64,000 nucleotides of DNA. Origin: Botryllus schlosseri. Its lineage: Eukaryota. This document shows positions 26,784-40,705 of this stretch, in pieces. Under the pieces are notes generated by a model. The model saw only the letters and a list, made by a program, of their open reading frames with translations, was not told where the DNA came from and did not search any database. The translations under genes were made by a program, and so were the position numbers. The DNA lies in NCBI GenBank assembly GCA_051294905.1, contig CM119371.1:17920001-17984000 (forward strand), written 5' to 3'. Within the stretch, counting starts at the first letter, position 1; the number at the start of each line of letters is the position of its first letter.

Positions 26784-29700
26784 TTGTATATATATCATTG
26801 CTGTCACAGCACTTCAGGTACATGCAGTTGAGAACATCCCGTCCGATTTTCAAGTGCTTGAATTCGGAGTCATAGCACCTTGATAAACTTGAATCTCTGT
26901 GACCCCAAATGCTACATAGGCTACCGCACATACTAGGAAAACGTCCACTTATTATGTCACTAGCAGTCTTGTTGGTAACGTAATGACGTCGTACTTTATC
27001 TATTGACCCCTCCAATACATGATTACGTCACAAAGTCACAATTCATGAATTTGAGCGCGAGAATACCTTTTGCGAATTTTCAAGCAGACGGCGGATGTCA
27101 CAAACACAAAACTATTATGGATAGAAAGGTATATATTGCACATAAATCGTAACCATTGATACCTGCCGAAGAAAAAAATCTTCAGAGGTGGTCAAGTAGC
27201 CTACTCATAATTCGCTATTATGTAGAACTAGACGTACAAGAAACCTATATAAGAAAATTATAAGTAGTGATTTCCAAATATTCCAGGCGTCGTTTTCATA
27301 TACCACAACTGAGTAGAAGTGGAAATAACGCTAAAGCACTCACCACCTGAACGAGAAGTTCAAGTAGGCAAAACCTACTGGAGTACTTCAAAAAGGTACA
27401 AATATACTTCGCTACTGACAACCCCTGAAAATTACTTACGCCGACAGAATATTTTGGTAATTAGACATAAACAGTCCGAATAAAGAATTGGATTTAGAGC
27501 GCTGTTGATGGGGAGCAGCCCAACGGCCGACACAGTGTACGCAGTGCTCGAAATATCAAACCCGAACAAATGCTTGAACCCGAGTACACATAGAGGAACC
27601 CAGCATACGCAATCGGTGGCCACCAACAGAAATATGCGAGCCTGCATTTTCTGTATTTCGTTACGTCTCTTGATAAGTGTTTTACTCGTGTTCGATGTTT
27701 CGCTTCTCGTGTAGCGAGTGTATTTTCGTGACTTCCAAAACTTCTGCGAGCTGACAGTGGGCAGTCTACTGTTCCTATTCGTAGGTGTATTGTCGGGGCA
27801 CTTTTTCGACGGGCCGCGTTGAATAACCCTGCTGCTCTTCGACAGCTTGTATATGATGAGATACGCCGCGAAAATGTACCTAAAAGCCGCTAGATTTATC
27901 GATGAAAACACAGTGGTGTGCTTCCAAGACGAGTCTCCAATCGAGGCGAAAAGTGTCGGCAGGCAAACGCTGTGCGCGCTGTAAAAGCCGAAATATTTCC
28001 ACTTCGAATACGAGGGAAACAATTCCGCGGATAATCCCTCTAGCTCACCCCAGGACATATCGTTTTGTGAAACTCCGAATCCCGTAGAATTGTTTGAAAA
28101 CGCGATAGTCCTCAACAAAATGTCGTTGGCAGTCGTGCGGTTTACGACAGGCGGGCGTACGTGAGGCAAAGTTATCCAAGCTTCCGTGGCGTACGAATAC
28201 GCGGTGCCGGGCAAAACCGGGACAATCGCAATTAAGAGTGATAAGACCCAGATCGCGACGCACACTGCCGCCAGCACTTTCAGCCGTTTCAAAATCCGCA
28301 GTCCGAACGGCTTAACAACAGTCGCCAGGCGTAAAGTCGTCAAACCCCGAGAATCAGTACAGAAGTTTGGCTAGATAAAACCACTATCACACCGAGAGTC
28401 TGGCAGAGACAACTGGTCCTCCAAGCTCTGTCATGCTCCCATTAGTTTGAAGTCTTTGACAGCGACACGATTCCCAAAATTATCAGGTAGACCCCATCAA
28501 AAAGTCGGCCGTGGCGGGGTTCAAAATGAACACGCTGCCCCATATTCTAATCGACTTTTTCCACCCGCTCGGTACGCTCCTAGTCTTAACTTTACGAGAG
28601 ATATCATAAGCCTTGAAGCGGATGTGACATTCAGCTAATCGTGGTCGAGTTGATGAAGTCAGAGACATAGCCAGCGAACGTAACTTAGTCCAGGGGTGAA
28701 TGCGATGAAGCGTTAACAGTGACTGTAGGGTTTTGACGATTACCATTGAGTTTCCAAATATCGCAAATATTCCCACCAGCCACATAAAAGTCAAAACATA
28801 CCATCTTTCACTATTCTGTCCTTGGAGGCGAAAGACCATTTCCGCTGTTTGATTGCGAACCATTCGTCACTCGCGTCTTCGAATCGCTCACTCCGTCCGA
28901 TATTGCCGACGAATTCACGTAAAGAGGACTGCCGGAATGGCAGTAAAACCTCCGCGGGCACACCATCTCGTCAACGCCACCGGGACAGTCGATTTTATGA
29001 TCGCATATCAGGGACCTGGTCAGGGATTGATTGATTGATTCCGTGTCTAAGTACAGGATTGATTTGGCTGAGAAAAAGACGGAGAAATTTGGCGTAACTG
29101 CCGCGGCCAAGGCTCACTTCGTGATCGCCTTAATTCGAGATCATTCATCTACTGATTCATGGCTAGTCTGGAATTGTATTTGAATCCTGTGGACTTTGCT
29201 GTCTCAATAAATGAGTAGACACCAATTCTCAGAGATTCATATGTCTCGACAACTTTCGTAGCATTGTTGGACTTGTGTTTCTTTGGCCTTTCTTTACTGC
29301 TTCGCAGTCTGTCCTTCATATCTATTTCTCAGTACATTTCGTCCTCGCCTTCCTGACATTGGCGCACCCGGTCGCAAATCTCAATCGGGCTCACACACAT
29401 TTTGTATTTGTTAGATTGATTCGAGATACTGCGCTCCAGATAAAGAGATACACTGTAAATATTTTAGTGTCTTTAAAAGCATAAAAGATATCACGTTTCA
29501 TGTTCAAAAAGATATCACAATAAAATGTGCTTGATGCTGTGTATATTGTGATTTAAGATTTATGTGCTTTATATATAGTGCTTCATGATTCAAGCGCTAT
29601 CTGAGCTGTGCTACGGCTTGATATGGATTACTAAATAATCTGGCGTACTCGACGACTTATCCTGTTCGAAACCAGCAATATATGAACATTTTACTATAAA

Positions 29701-30485
29701 CGAAACAAGTGATGTGCATGCTTTCAACAAAACATGTTATCAAAAAAATGCACTTGTAGACATTAAACGAAATTTACAAATCTTGCACATCCTGAATGTA
29801 TAGCATAGAGGCCAAGATTGAAGAACAAACTTGTAAATTAACGGGCTAAGCAGCACTGAACTATTTGACAATACTTCCATTATGTCATGTGAAGTCATGC
29901 CAGACGTAGAACTTCAGAGGTGCAAATAAGTTATAGTACTTACTGATATCTAGATGTCATGGCCAAAGTGGGAACAAGTATAGACAAAAGATAAGGGACA
30001 CCGAACCATCAAGTTCCTGGGATACTTTCCATACTAGATTGCTTGTACAAGCCAGCACTAGAACTTCAATAAATACGAGGTGGTGCAAATTCAAAAGTAT
30101 TGACTGCCTTCACAGTTAGATGCCAAGTTAAAAGTAGGAACTAACATAACGAAAAGATAAGCGACACTGCTGGAATATTTGCAATGTCAGATTACTTGAA
30201 CATTATATGGCAAGACATGAGTAGAATTGCCAACTTCAAATGCGAATGGACCAACGAATGATTGTAAAACCTAATGGAATGCTAACAAAGGTCTTCTGCT
30301 GCAGCAGACTGTTCGAATTTATGAAAAAAATCAGATAGTTTGGTGGATACTTATTGATTATTCTTGTCACCGACAACGACATACTGCACGAACTCCAGGA
30401 GCTGGAATTCTTTGGGCTAAGACAGGTCCCAATATAGATATATCGACTTTCCATTAAATAAAAGGGCAAAAGAACATAAAGATAA

Positions 30486-30990
30486 TCAGTTTTGGGCCCT
30501 TGTTAAGCGCCTCCAGCGTGGACGATCGTGGGCGTCTTTGGGCGATAGCCCGCGTTGCGCTAGCTCGTTCTCTATTGTCGAGCGCCATGTGGTTCTATTC
30601 CAGCCACCTCTGCGCCATGGCTCCGTCGGAATGTGGTTGATGATGGCGGCAACTTGTTGATCGTATTGATGCCGCACTAGATGACCGATTAGGCGGAAGC
30701 GTCGTTTAGCAGCCAGCAAACGGCATGGGACCGTTTTTGTGAGTTTGCGCAGTGCATTGGTGGATATGTGCTCCGGGGGGATGGATGCCGAGTGCGTAGC
30801 GGAGGAGTACATCGTAGTTGGCGTTGAGCGTCTTAGCCAGCTTTTCTGTCAGCGTGAGTGCTTCTATTCCGTAGAGAAGAGCCCGCTCGACAGTGGCATG
30901 GAAAATGCGGGTCTTGAGCTGAGGTGAGGCACTTGAGTGGAAGAGGCAATGTAGCCGTCTTGTTGCGCCCCAGGCCTTTGCTCGTTTGGC
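30486..30990 (-). mobile_element. 5'-truncated RTE-clade-like LINE fragment (C-terminal region after the RT domain)
   Basis: AW.A...L...K.RIF.A.V...LLYG.E.LTLT...LLR.ALGI...HIS...RR.RL.GH..R...DR.RWR* across one frameshift; GC-richer than its flanks. Confidence 0.75.
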
Positions 30991-31683
30991 CATCAGCCAG
31001 AATCCATCCCTGTATCTTTCCATTTCCATGCTTTGAAACCACCAAATGTGGAGCTTCGGACGTTTTGCTGTTGATGTGAATGTCATGGGCCTGAAAATGT
31101 AGGCAAATTTTTTATTGTAACTACTCCAAACCATTTCGAGGGCCATGGGTTTACCGCCCCTGGTCTGCACAATCATCTGTGTTAACAGAAGGTGCTACGA
31201 AACTCATTGACATTACAACAATAATGCTCACAATAAAAACCTTCTTAAGGTCATCATAGTTATCAAGCTATTGCATGATTTTCAAATCATACATTCGTTA
31301 TAAACTGAAAGTTATATTAATCTTATAAACAAGTACCTGTAGTACTGATAACACAGATATTGCGGTCTTCTTTTTCGAGTTTATTCTTAGATCGGTCTAA
31401 CTTGTGATTGTAATTGTTGCAGCTTCACTTCATCAGTATTGGACTGAAAACATTGAATAATTGAGGGGTTATTATCAATCAAATTTAATTCAGAATGGAA
31501 TTGCGAGTTCGCATTTACCTCAAATATCTTATCCAATATGAGCATCATTCTTTCGTAGTATGTTCTGATCTCTTCAACTGTGGTTGGTGCGATCAAATTC
31601 CAGTTATCTTCCCTTACCTGTAAGAGAATGTATGTGTCTAAGAATGATTAGAATATGATCAGATCTATGAATATATTCATACA

Positions 31684-32396
31684 ACGGGGTTGTAATGACT
31701 CGAGTCATGACTCGATTCGAGTCGAACTCGAGTCACGATTTTCTGATGACTCGACTTGACTCGAGTCAATATGTGTATCGACTTGACTTGAACAATGTAG
31801 CTGTAAGCTTCGATCACTTTGTTTGCGGTCAATCTATTTGTGAGAGAACAATCGAGGCTAAGTGAAACGACCATTGAATGATTGGTCACTTTCAAGGGTT
31901 ACACCAGCGTTTCGCGAACCATTCGAGCATATGCAAGATACAGTGATAAATATAGACACCGATTACTTGATGACTTGAAATTGGCTAGTGAATTTTGCTC
32001 ACGAGTCACGAGTCAATCCGCATTTCTGATACGCCGAGTCAAGTCAAGTCATTTTAGCAAAGTGACTCGAGTCAAGTCATGACTCTAGTCATCCCAACAC
32101 TGCAAGATACTATTAAAAGTGAGGAAAATTAGTATATCATAAATGCGAACCATTCGATATCACCAAACAGAGTTATAACAGTGGGTTTAACAAGACTTTA
32201 TCAGGAAACTGAGCAGTCAACACAATGACTCAGACTCGGACTTGAGTCATAATTCCCATGACTCGGACTCGAACATCTGCTTGATGACTTTGACTCAATG
32301 GTGGCAATTGAAAATGACTCGACTGGACTCGAGTCAAAATTAAAAAAGTGACATTGACTTGCGACTCGGAGTCTTGTGACTTGGTTACAACCCTGC
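31684..32396. mobile_element. GACTCGAGTC-family MITE with a related nested fragment, inside the EnSpm-like element
   Basis: Ends GGGTTGTAATGACTCGAG...GGTTACAACCCTG match 7795-8388, 37253-39047 and 43146 onward. Confidence 0.7.
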
Positions 32397-34676
32397 CATA
32401 CACATACAGTGAAGAAACAGCCTTGGCACATAACCTCTATAACAAAGCAATAAGAAGTTGTCATAATTGCATGCATACTCACTAGTCTGATGTCGCCCAT
32501 GGTAGGGAACGTTCCAAGAAATCTCTTTCTTCGTTAGCTGAGAACGCCGGAGTCCGTATTGATGCTTGAATGGAGACAAGCCTTTGTGCCGATTGCGGTC
32601 TACATAAGCTGTGCGAGTGTACGTGATTCGAGCGCTTGCTGAACTTTGAAGCTGAATACCAGCAAGGGCATCGGAGGAACGAGTTCAGGGTCTTTGGGAC
32701 TGCACGACGGCTGCAATATTGATGGAAATATAAGATAGAATCTTACTAGAATTATGCGGATAAATACCATAACATCCAAATGGAGATCTGCATTGGTTGC
32801 TCCGGCATCTCCCCGAGATATGAGCTGCAGACACAGACAGTTTAGCTCAATTCATAGCAAAATTTCACAAAATAATGATTACTGGTATTGGCGTGGCTGA
32901 AGGTCCTATATCCTCCCGGACTGATGGCTTTATGGGTAGGGTGGTATCTGACTGCGCGAGTGATTCTACATCGATACGGAGCGACTCATCCACAGGCAAC
33001 GTGGTGTCCGACTCTGCAAGTGACGCTGATTCACCGCACGGATAGTTTGGGTCTGCGACTGAGAAAGATTCATGGCGTGTATTGTCTGGACCTCCATTAG
33101 TTGCTAGTTCCTCCCATAACTGTAACAACAAGATTTAGTTGCATGAACGGAGCTTCCATAGTTAATTAGCTCGTACTTCTTGCAGTCTCAACAGACGCCA
33201 GACGGTACGTCATTTGCCAAAGGTCTTTATCACGAAGCTTGGTGAAAATATCCGAATCTAAGTCATTCTCTGAGATATGAAATAATTTTGAACATAACAT
33301 TAATTGACAGAGCTTGCATGTATAAATCAGACTTGACGTTTCAGCAGATGTTTTGTAAGCCGATCTGAACTCCCAACAAAGGAGCACAACCAATAACAAG
33401 ACTGTCCGTTAGACATTTATCAAAAGTACACGCTAATAATAACCTAAGCTGCATAGTAACCATTCTAATAGATCACAATTGTCACCAGCATTCAACCAAC
33501 TCCACACAAGATGTACTGAATATAACTGCACAAGCTGCCTCGATTAGCTAGTTAACAGGGCACATTGCTGAAGCTATATTACATATATACTTACCTTCCA
33601 ATTTCTGGACGTGCTGCCATGAAATACCGTTACTCGCCAAGAAAGCTTCAAAATCCGCATGCTGATTCCCTGTCATCGCGATCACACCACATCGCAAAAG
33701 AGCAAGAAACGGCCGAAAAAAGAGGAAGTTTAAGAACAGCACTAAAGGTCACTCCCGGTCGTGGCGCTTTAGCACGATATTGTGCTGCCACAAGCGGCAG
33801 ATTTGGCGATTGCGCTTTATCTCATTTACAGTGTAGATGAAGAGCACAGGATGTCTTTGGGCTTGCATACATCGCACGGAGAAATGTCTGTACCGTTGTC
33901 CCACGTGAGCACTCTGCTTATCCCAGGTATGCACGCTCCGTTGAGGAAATCCAATGCGTTTCCCGGCGTTCGCAAATTCCCAAAGATATCGCGCAAGCTT
34001 TGTGCTTTACCGCGTCTGTTCCATTTACGAAATGTGCTGTTTCGTGACCGTAATACGTCCAAGCCCATGCTTATCACGTTGTTCATTTTCGGGTGGGTCA
34101 TAGTGCATAGGTATTCGTCGGATATGTCTGGGCAATGAAATTTGCCATCGCATACGTGCCTTTTCGCAATTGGGCGCGAAGTAGAGATGCAATACGCGGT
34201 GTCCGCGGCATTATTCCCCATATCTCTGGCGTCACTACGGGGCGGGATTTTGCACTGGTGCTTTTCGTTGCAAAGAGGAAGGTGCGGTCTCACGAATCGA
34301 TTCATTGGCCTCGACTCTGTTACGGTAAAGCAGTGTTGGTAATATCATATCTTGGTTGTATCTTCTACAGGATGGGCAAAATAGATTATTTGGTTGACTC
34401 GATTCCAATGCGAGTTGAATATTCGCGCATCACTCATTAAAACCATTCAGAAATATGGAAGAAATGGAAAGTTGAAATAAATATCTACTATGTGACCTCA
34501 AAGATACTGATGTCAGTTCTAAACGTATGGGCTAATGAAATCCTAAAACTTTTCCACTACGCCTATTCGATTATACTTTATGAAAATGCTGTGTGTTGAT
34601 CTGGACTGCAAAAAATATCATCATAAGTAACGTGCTCATAGCTTTGTACTACATGCTTTGGGTGCTGTGTTACGAC

Positions 34677-35205
34677 TAGGGCTGGGCGCAATGATTCGAG
34701 TACTCGAATCTGAATCGAGCATTAATTTTAATGATTCGAGTCGGGTAGTAAAAGACGATTTTTTCGAGAACTGAAATTATACGGTCCTCACCACTGAAAG
34801 TTGATTTATCAACGAGGAGTTTATCACGGATCAACGAGTTTATGTTAATTTCACTGTTGAAGCCTTGAAACCTTGATTGGCCGTATCGTAGCATACGAAA
34901 CATGAAGTACAAAGCTACGAACGTTACTGGAAATAGCACATTTCCGAAGTCATGATCATTCCACAATATTGTCACCAAGTGCAATGAAATCGGTATGGTC
35001 GAAAAAAATAACAAAGTATGCTTAATATGATGGATAACAGGCATTATATTCTTCGTGGTCGCTTAAAAGGTACATATTTGAACTTTGACAAATAATATTC
35101 TGCTATGACGTCATAATGAGTGATACTCGATTACTCGACTCGACTCGAAGCATTTTACGTGATTCAGAATCGAATCATCAAGGTACTCGATTTTGCCCAG
35201 CCCTA
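34677..35205. mobile_element. hAT MITE in intron 1 of GPCR copy A
   Basis: TIR TAGGGCTGGGC; TSD GTTACGAC. Confidence 0.8.
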
Positions 35206-37572
35206 GTTACGACTGATTGAAATTTCAGGGTAGACACCGCGGGAAAATGTGCCGAAACTATGATTTACGGTGATAATATATAATATAACTCTTAGTGAAA
35301 AAGAGGGTATGATTAGGTGCAATGAGAGGCGATCTCTTACCTGCGGTCCATCGGGGAGAGTAAAAGGCGAGTTCGACAAGTATGAGAAGGAATCGGCTTG
35401 CCATCGTAGAGTTATTTGGATTATCAGACTAGTTGTATTACCCTGCAATGCAACAGTTTCATACAGTTTTAAATGTTTAATCTTAACCATAGCTGGTCAA
35501 ATGTCGCATACAATGTCGTTGATTTGTTTGTTTGTTTGTTTGTTTTGAGGTATTCATGGTGTTTGTCGACTACTATGGCCATTTATTAACATCGAAAAAC
35601 TAAGTCGCATTGTATCACGCGCAGCGCGAAAAAAATTCCAAGAAGGAGTCAATTTCAGGAGTCAATTTATAAATTCAATTTGTTGTCGACGGCCTCCAAT
35701 ACATACTAATTGAATTACGTTTCCACGGCAGAACAAATTTCCTTCTGCGGCCGCAGGTTGGCTACCCCTTTATTAGAGAATGTCGGTAAATGACTAAGCA
35801 ACACTCCGAGATACAGTATGCATTCACCTTTATAGTAAAACAAATACCATAGATAGCACGAACAACAGCAACAACTAATGGCCGCGTGAGCTATACTCGA
35901 AACGGTGGTGTCGCGTTCGCTATCCGATATAACGGCGGCGATCCGCGTGGCGGAGATCATTCACAAACTTCAACCGGAAGCAGAAATATCGCATTGCTAA
36001 TCAGCAATATTTCGATCGTAATTTTCAAATCTCTCATTTTGGTATTTATGCATTTGAATTCGACATAATATTCCGACTGTACAGTATAGGAACGTCTCCA
36101 GTTGGATAATCTGAATTGACGCACCGATAGCAAATACCCTGTTCCGTCAAATAACGTAAGGTCGTTGTCCTGCCAAAGACTCTCTGAGTGAGATGCACTG
36201 TGATACTTGACGTTAAATTAAAATTGCTCTTATGGCCGTAAGCTAGGCAGATACTTCAGGTGATTGTCACCGCAGTGTGGCTCTACATCACGGTATATGA
36301 TTTAATGTTAGGCGGGTGCTTACGCATTCTACAACTGTGGAAATAGCTGCGGCAGGAGCAAAATAGAAACGAAATCCAAAGTGTTAGCGGAACGTACACC
36401 TGTCACCATCCACAAGCGCGACCCGGCAGAAGCATGTTAACCGAAAATATGACAGGGTCGACTCAAACATCGATAATCTTCACAATAAATAATATATTGG
36501 AGACATAATCAAAAGGAAGGGGTTTCGATTTCGAACCGCAATCGCCGCTGCGACTGACCCTGCACACGCACGTACCACCACAACAGTCATAATTAGACGA
36601 CTGACAGATCGTGCCTAATTCCCTGCAGTCAATGATCGCTAAAAGTGCCGAGTTATCGGGAATCATGACTCTAAACAAGTCAAAAGGTCCCGAGTCATAA
36701 ATCAAACTTACTTTTCTAATTTTGACTGTAGTAAAATTGATTCATTGTAACTCACCACCGAGTCAAGTCCGAATACAAGTTGAGGACAAAATTATCGAGT
36801 CCGAGTCACAGTGTTAAGACTCAAGTCCGAGTTCACGTCATAGTGTCAATATTCTTAACGAGCTCAAGTCAACTTCAACTGATATCGAAGGCGTCGCATT
36901 TTGCTCATTCTGAGAGCAGTTTCTGCACCTATTTTTCAAGTATTGGTCGTGATACACGAGACTTCGATCAGTTCATATATATTGAAATGTCTAGAGTCAA
37001 ATGACTCGGTCGAGTCATCCGCAATGACTGGAGTAAAAGTCGGTTCAATTCACCAATTGACTCGTGTAGACTCAACAAAAATTTGCGAATCGGGTCCACT
37101 CATGACTCGTGTCCTTGCAACCGCTGTCGCGTGTGTATGTCATGACCTCCAGAGAACCTCTGAGGGCTGTGCGGGCTCTGGTAATCCGTAGGGATCATTT
37201 CAATCCCAGTTAAGAACCTTTGGTATTGATATGCAGTTTGAGATATAGATTCACGGTTGTATCCAAGTCACAAGGCTTCGAGTCCCAACTCAATCTCACT
37301 TTTTTAGTTTTGACTCGAGTCAAGTACAGTCATTTTCAATTCACTACCGACTCAAGTCCTAGTCCGGGTCAGTGAGCATAGGGTCGAATCCTAGTCATGG
37401 TATTATGACTCGGGTCCGAGTCCAAGTCATTGTGCTGACAGCACAGTTTCCAGATGAAGTCTTGTTAAACCTACTTCTTAATACTCTGTTTGGTGATATC
37501 GAATGGTTCGCATATATAATGTACTACTATTCCTCACTTTTAGCAGTTTCTAGTCGCTTTGTAAAGTACTGG

Positions 37573-38812
37573 CAGAGGGGGTCAGTAACGAAGTACTTCT
37601 AATTTTTGAAAGTACTCAAGTAGTTTTCATCTACTTCTAGTACTTACCCAAGTAGATCTGATTTTCTCTACTTCTACTTCTACTTCGTAATATATTGTGA
37701 TCTACTTACTTACTTTTCGCTATTTTCAGTTTGTCAAGTAGAACTAGTCTAATCCTCCAATAAGAAAGATAGCCTGGCGAATTTCGCGGCTGTTTACACG
37801 GAGTACCGACATTAAATTTTCATAAAAGTCAAGTAAAACCCAGAACTTTTGTTGCGGTTCGCGCACAGTAGTTTTGGAGTGTCAAATATATACTTTCACG
37901 AAAGTATCGGTCAATATAATTTAGGCGTGGTTCCGCTCACACCGCATTGTCGCCCATTTCAAATATTTCATCACAGTAAATATCGCCCACCATAACGCTT
38001 GATATTACCGTTTCGCAATCTAGCAATTGCCTGCCACATCGTTATCTAGCAGCCCATGACATGTCCTAATCTGGAAAAGTGGACTCCGGCTTTTTTAACG
38101 TTACACCTGTTTTAGCAGACCAACTTTCCGGACAAAAGACGTGAAATGTATTTTCCGCTTTTTTATATTTCCATTTCAATTCCGAGTATCATACTTTGAG
38201 ATTTAAATAATTTCAATTCTTTCGTCTGTAGAACATACATGTTGAAGTATAGTAATGATTCTATTTCCGAAAATAAAGTTTCACTATGCACAATTTTACG
38301 ATCCACCATATTTTGTATTAACGTATACTGGTCGTGCAAAGTGTTGAAACCGTATCCGATATCACTTCTCCGTATTGCTCTTCGCCTAAACTATAGGGGC
38401 CTTATAATATGGGGTGGGGCGCTATGTGATGATATTTTCTGAAACGGGACGAGTAAACAAAGGGTTAATATGGAATTTTCATATCAATAATTTGCATCCC
38501 ATGATGCGGACGAATGCTTATTCTGTCGAAAATTGATACCTCCTGGGATGTATCAATATGAATTAAGTTCTCTGCACCTCCGGCATGCAGCTCAATTTGC
38601 TATACTTTTGACTGTCCATGTGAACGAATTACGACCGTTTTCAAAACTACTTACTTACTTGAGTAGATTTAAATTCAATCAATTCTACTTCCACTTCAAG
38701 TAGTTTTAGGTTGCTTCTGAAAGAAGTACTTATACTCGCACTTGAGTAGATTTTTTCGTCGCTACTTCTACTTCTACTTGAGTAGCGTACTTGACTACTT
38801 TGACCACCTCTG
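37573..38812 (-). mobile_element. Same-ended hAT-type element nested in a GACTCGAGTC MITE (about 37253-39047)
   Basis: CAGAGGGGGTCA...TGACCACCTCTG; TSD AGTACTGG. Shorter relatives at about 27183-27428 and 45254-45513. Confidence 0.8.
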
Positions 38813-39238
38813 AGTACTGGTACCATTAGATAAAATCTTAATAGTGTGGTTACTTTACTATTCTTCAAATTACAACGAAATGTCGGTCTTGGCCGTCCGA
38901 GTCTCGGTCATATGACTTGGTTCGAGTCATGCGCGATGTCTCAATTCCAAGTCGAGTAATACACAGATTGACTCGCGTCGAGTCGAGTCATTTTGGTATT
39001 TTGAGTCAAGTCGAGTCATCAGAAAGTTGTGAGTCAATACAACCCTGTATAGCTTTATCCACGGAGTTCGATGTTCCTTTGTCATGCCTACCTGAACGAG
39101 AGCATGCGTACCATACTTAAAGCACTCCATACAAACTCTTGCGTTTCTATATTATAGTTGTTTAGGATTAAACCGTATAAACTGAAATGTCGGATTACAG
39201 GATAATACAGGTCGTTTTGAAATAATCCAAATAACTCT

Positions 39239-39314
39239 ATGATGACGCGCCAACGCTTCCTTGTCGAGACTGTGCATGTCCAGCTCGTATTTTACTATCT
39301 CCAATGGACAGCAG
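39239..39314 (+). CDS. LDLa-GPCR copy B, exon 1 (leader/signal peptide-like)
   Basis: MMTRQRFLVETVHVQLVFYYLQWTA G|gtaaga. Homologous to the minus-strand exon 35341-35404. Phase 1 joins the acceptor ttacag| at 39651 in frame. Confidence 0.7.
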
Positions 39315-39650
39315 GTAAGAGATTGACTCTGATTGTGGATGATACAGTGAAAAGGTTACCGGTAAATTCGGCACTTCACAGACCAAACCACCGATATCAA
39401 TCGCCCCAACCGCTAATGCATAAACCAAACCCTCATCTCCAGCTGAATGTTTTGACTCGTACATGCTAACACACTGCCAAATTCACCACAATTCACGCTC
39501 ATATTTAAATGAAACATCAATTTTCTAATTCATTTATACAATATTGATGCATTGATTTCACCGAAACAAATATAGGTTTAACACTTCTAATGCCAAATTC
39601 ACCAAGTGCATTAATCATTGTAATCCTGACAACACTATGAATCGTTACAG

Positions 39651-40705
39651 AGTCGAGGCCAATGAACCTAGTCGGAATAACGGCGATTCCGATTTGCAAA
39701 AACAACCAAACATCGACGCGCGGGGATGAGGGAGACACCACGAATAAAATTGCTAACGAAGTGTATTGTATCTCGACTCTGGCCCCAATACCGAAGAGTC
39801 AGGTAAGCGACGGAATATTCAATTGTCGCGACCTATCTGACGAATACCTTTGCACGCTTACCAATCCGGAAACGGATACCTGGAGGAACGAGCACGTGGA
39901 CTCGCGGCCCCTCTCCCTGCCCCCAAACGTCACTTTTCTTGAATGGCAGAAACACCGTAAAGCGCAGAGCGTACGAGAAATCTTGCGAACGCCGGAGAAC
40001 GCCTTAGATTTTCCCAACAGAGCTTGCATACCGGGGATACACAACGAGCTGTTGCGGAAGGATGGTACAACTGTATCGCCATGCGATGTATGCCAGCCCA
40101 AAGAAATCCTTTGCCCGACATCGATCTTAGATATGGAGCACGGTATCGCTAAAAATAATCAATCTGGACAATACAAAATGTGCGTGAACTACATTGAGGT
40201 GTGCGACCGGGTGCAGCAATGCCCGCAGTGTGAGGACGAAATATATTGCCAAATGGATATCGAGCATAGACTGCGAATCATCGCTGAAAAATTAAAGAAA
40301 CGCAAGCCGAAAAACGTTGCTACAGTGGTAGCGACTTGCGAATCTTTAAGAATTGGAATACAATCGTTTCGCGAAGCCGCAAAGTCCAAAAAGGTACATC
40401 ATTGGCCGGGTCAGTCACATCAAATTTCCTCGAGTCTGTTCTCTTCAAAATCAAGTCTTCATTTGAACACCGAATCAAGCAATCAATCCCTGTCCCTGTC
40501 CCTAATATGCGACAGTAGAATCGACTGTCCAGGTGGACTTGACGAGATGGTGTGCCCCCGGAGGTTTTATTGCCAATCGGGCAGTCCTCTGTACGTGACT
40601 TCGTCGGTTATATCGGACGGAGTGAGCGATTGCGATGACGGGAGTGACGAATGGTTCACTATCAAACAACGAAATAGTCTTTCGCGTCCAAGGACAGAAT
40701 GGTGA
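39651..40705 (+). CDS. LDLa-GPCR copy B ectodomain with about 4 LDL-receptor class A-like modules
   Basis: Motifs SDGIFNCRDLSDEYLC, CDRVQQCPQCEDEIYC, CDSRIDCPGGLDEMVC, SDGVSDCDDGSDE; no LxxLxL LRR pattern seen. Confidence 0.8.

Larger units (their letters stand above)
29451..33833 (-). mobile_element. CMC/EnSpm-like DNA transposon (non-autonomous or decayed) inserted in GPCR copy A
   Basis: 10-bp TIR CACTGTAAAT...ATTTACAGTG flanked by TA on both sides. GPCR homology stops and resumes at these ends. Internal spliced SAM-like ORF remnant. Confidence 0.75.
27432..35404 (-). pseudogene. LDLa-GPCR copy A, disrupted (exon 1 35341-35404; exon 2 from 34316 to 27432, interrupted at 29451-33833)
   Basis: Fragments 33826-34305, 28811-29110, 28483-28863 and 27432-28343 align with copy B. 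Leader MASRFLLILVELAFYSPRWTA. In-frame stop in EDEMY*, several 1-bp indels and a TE insertion. Confidence 0.85.
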
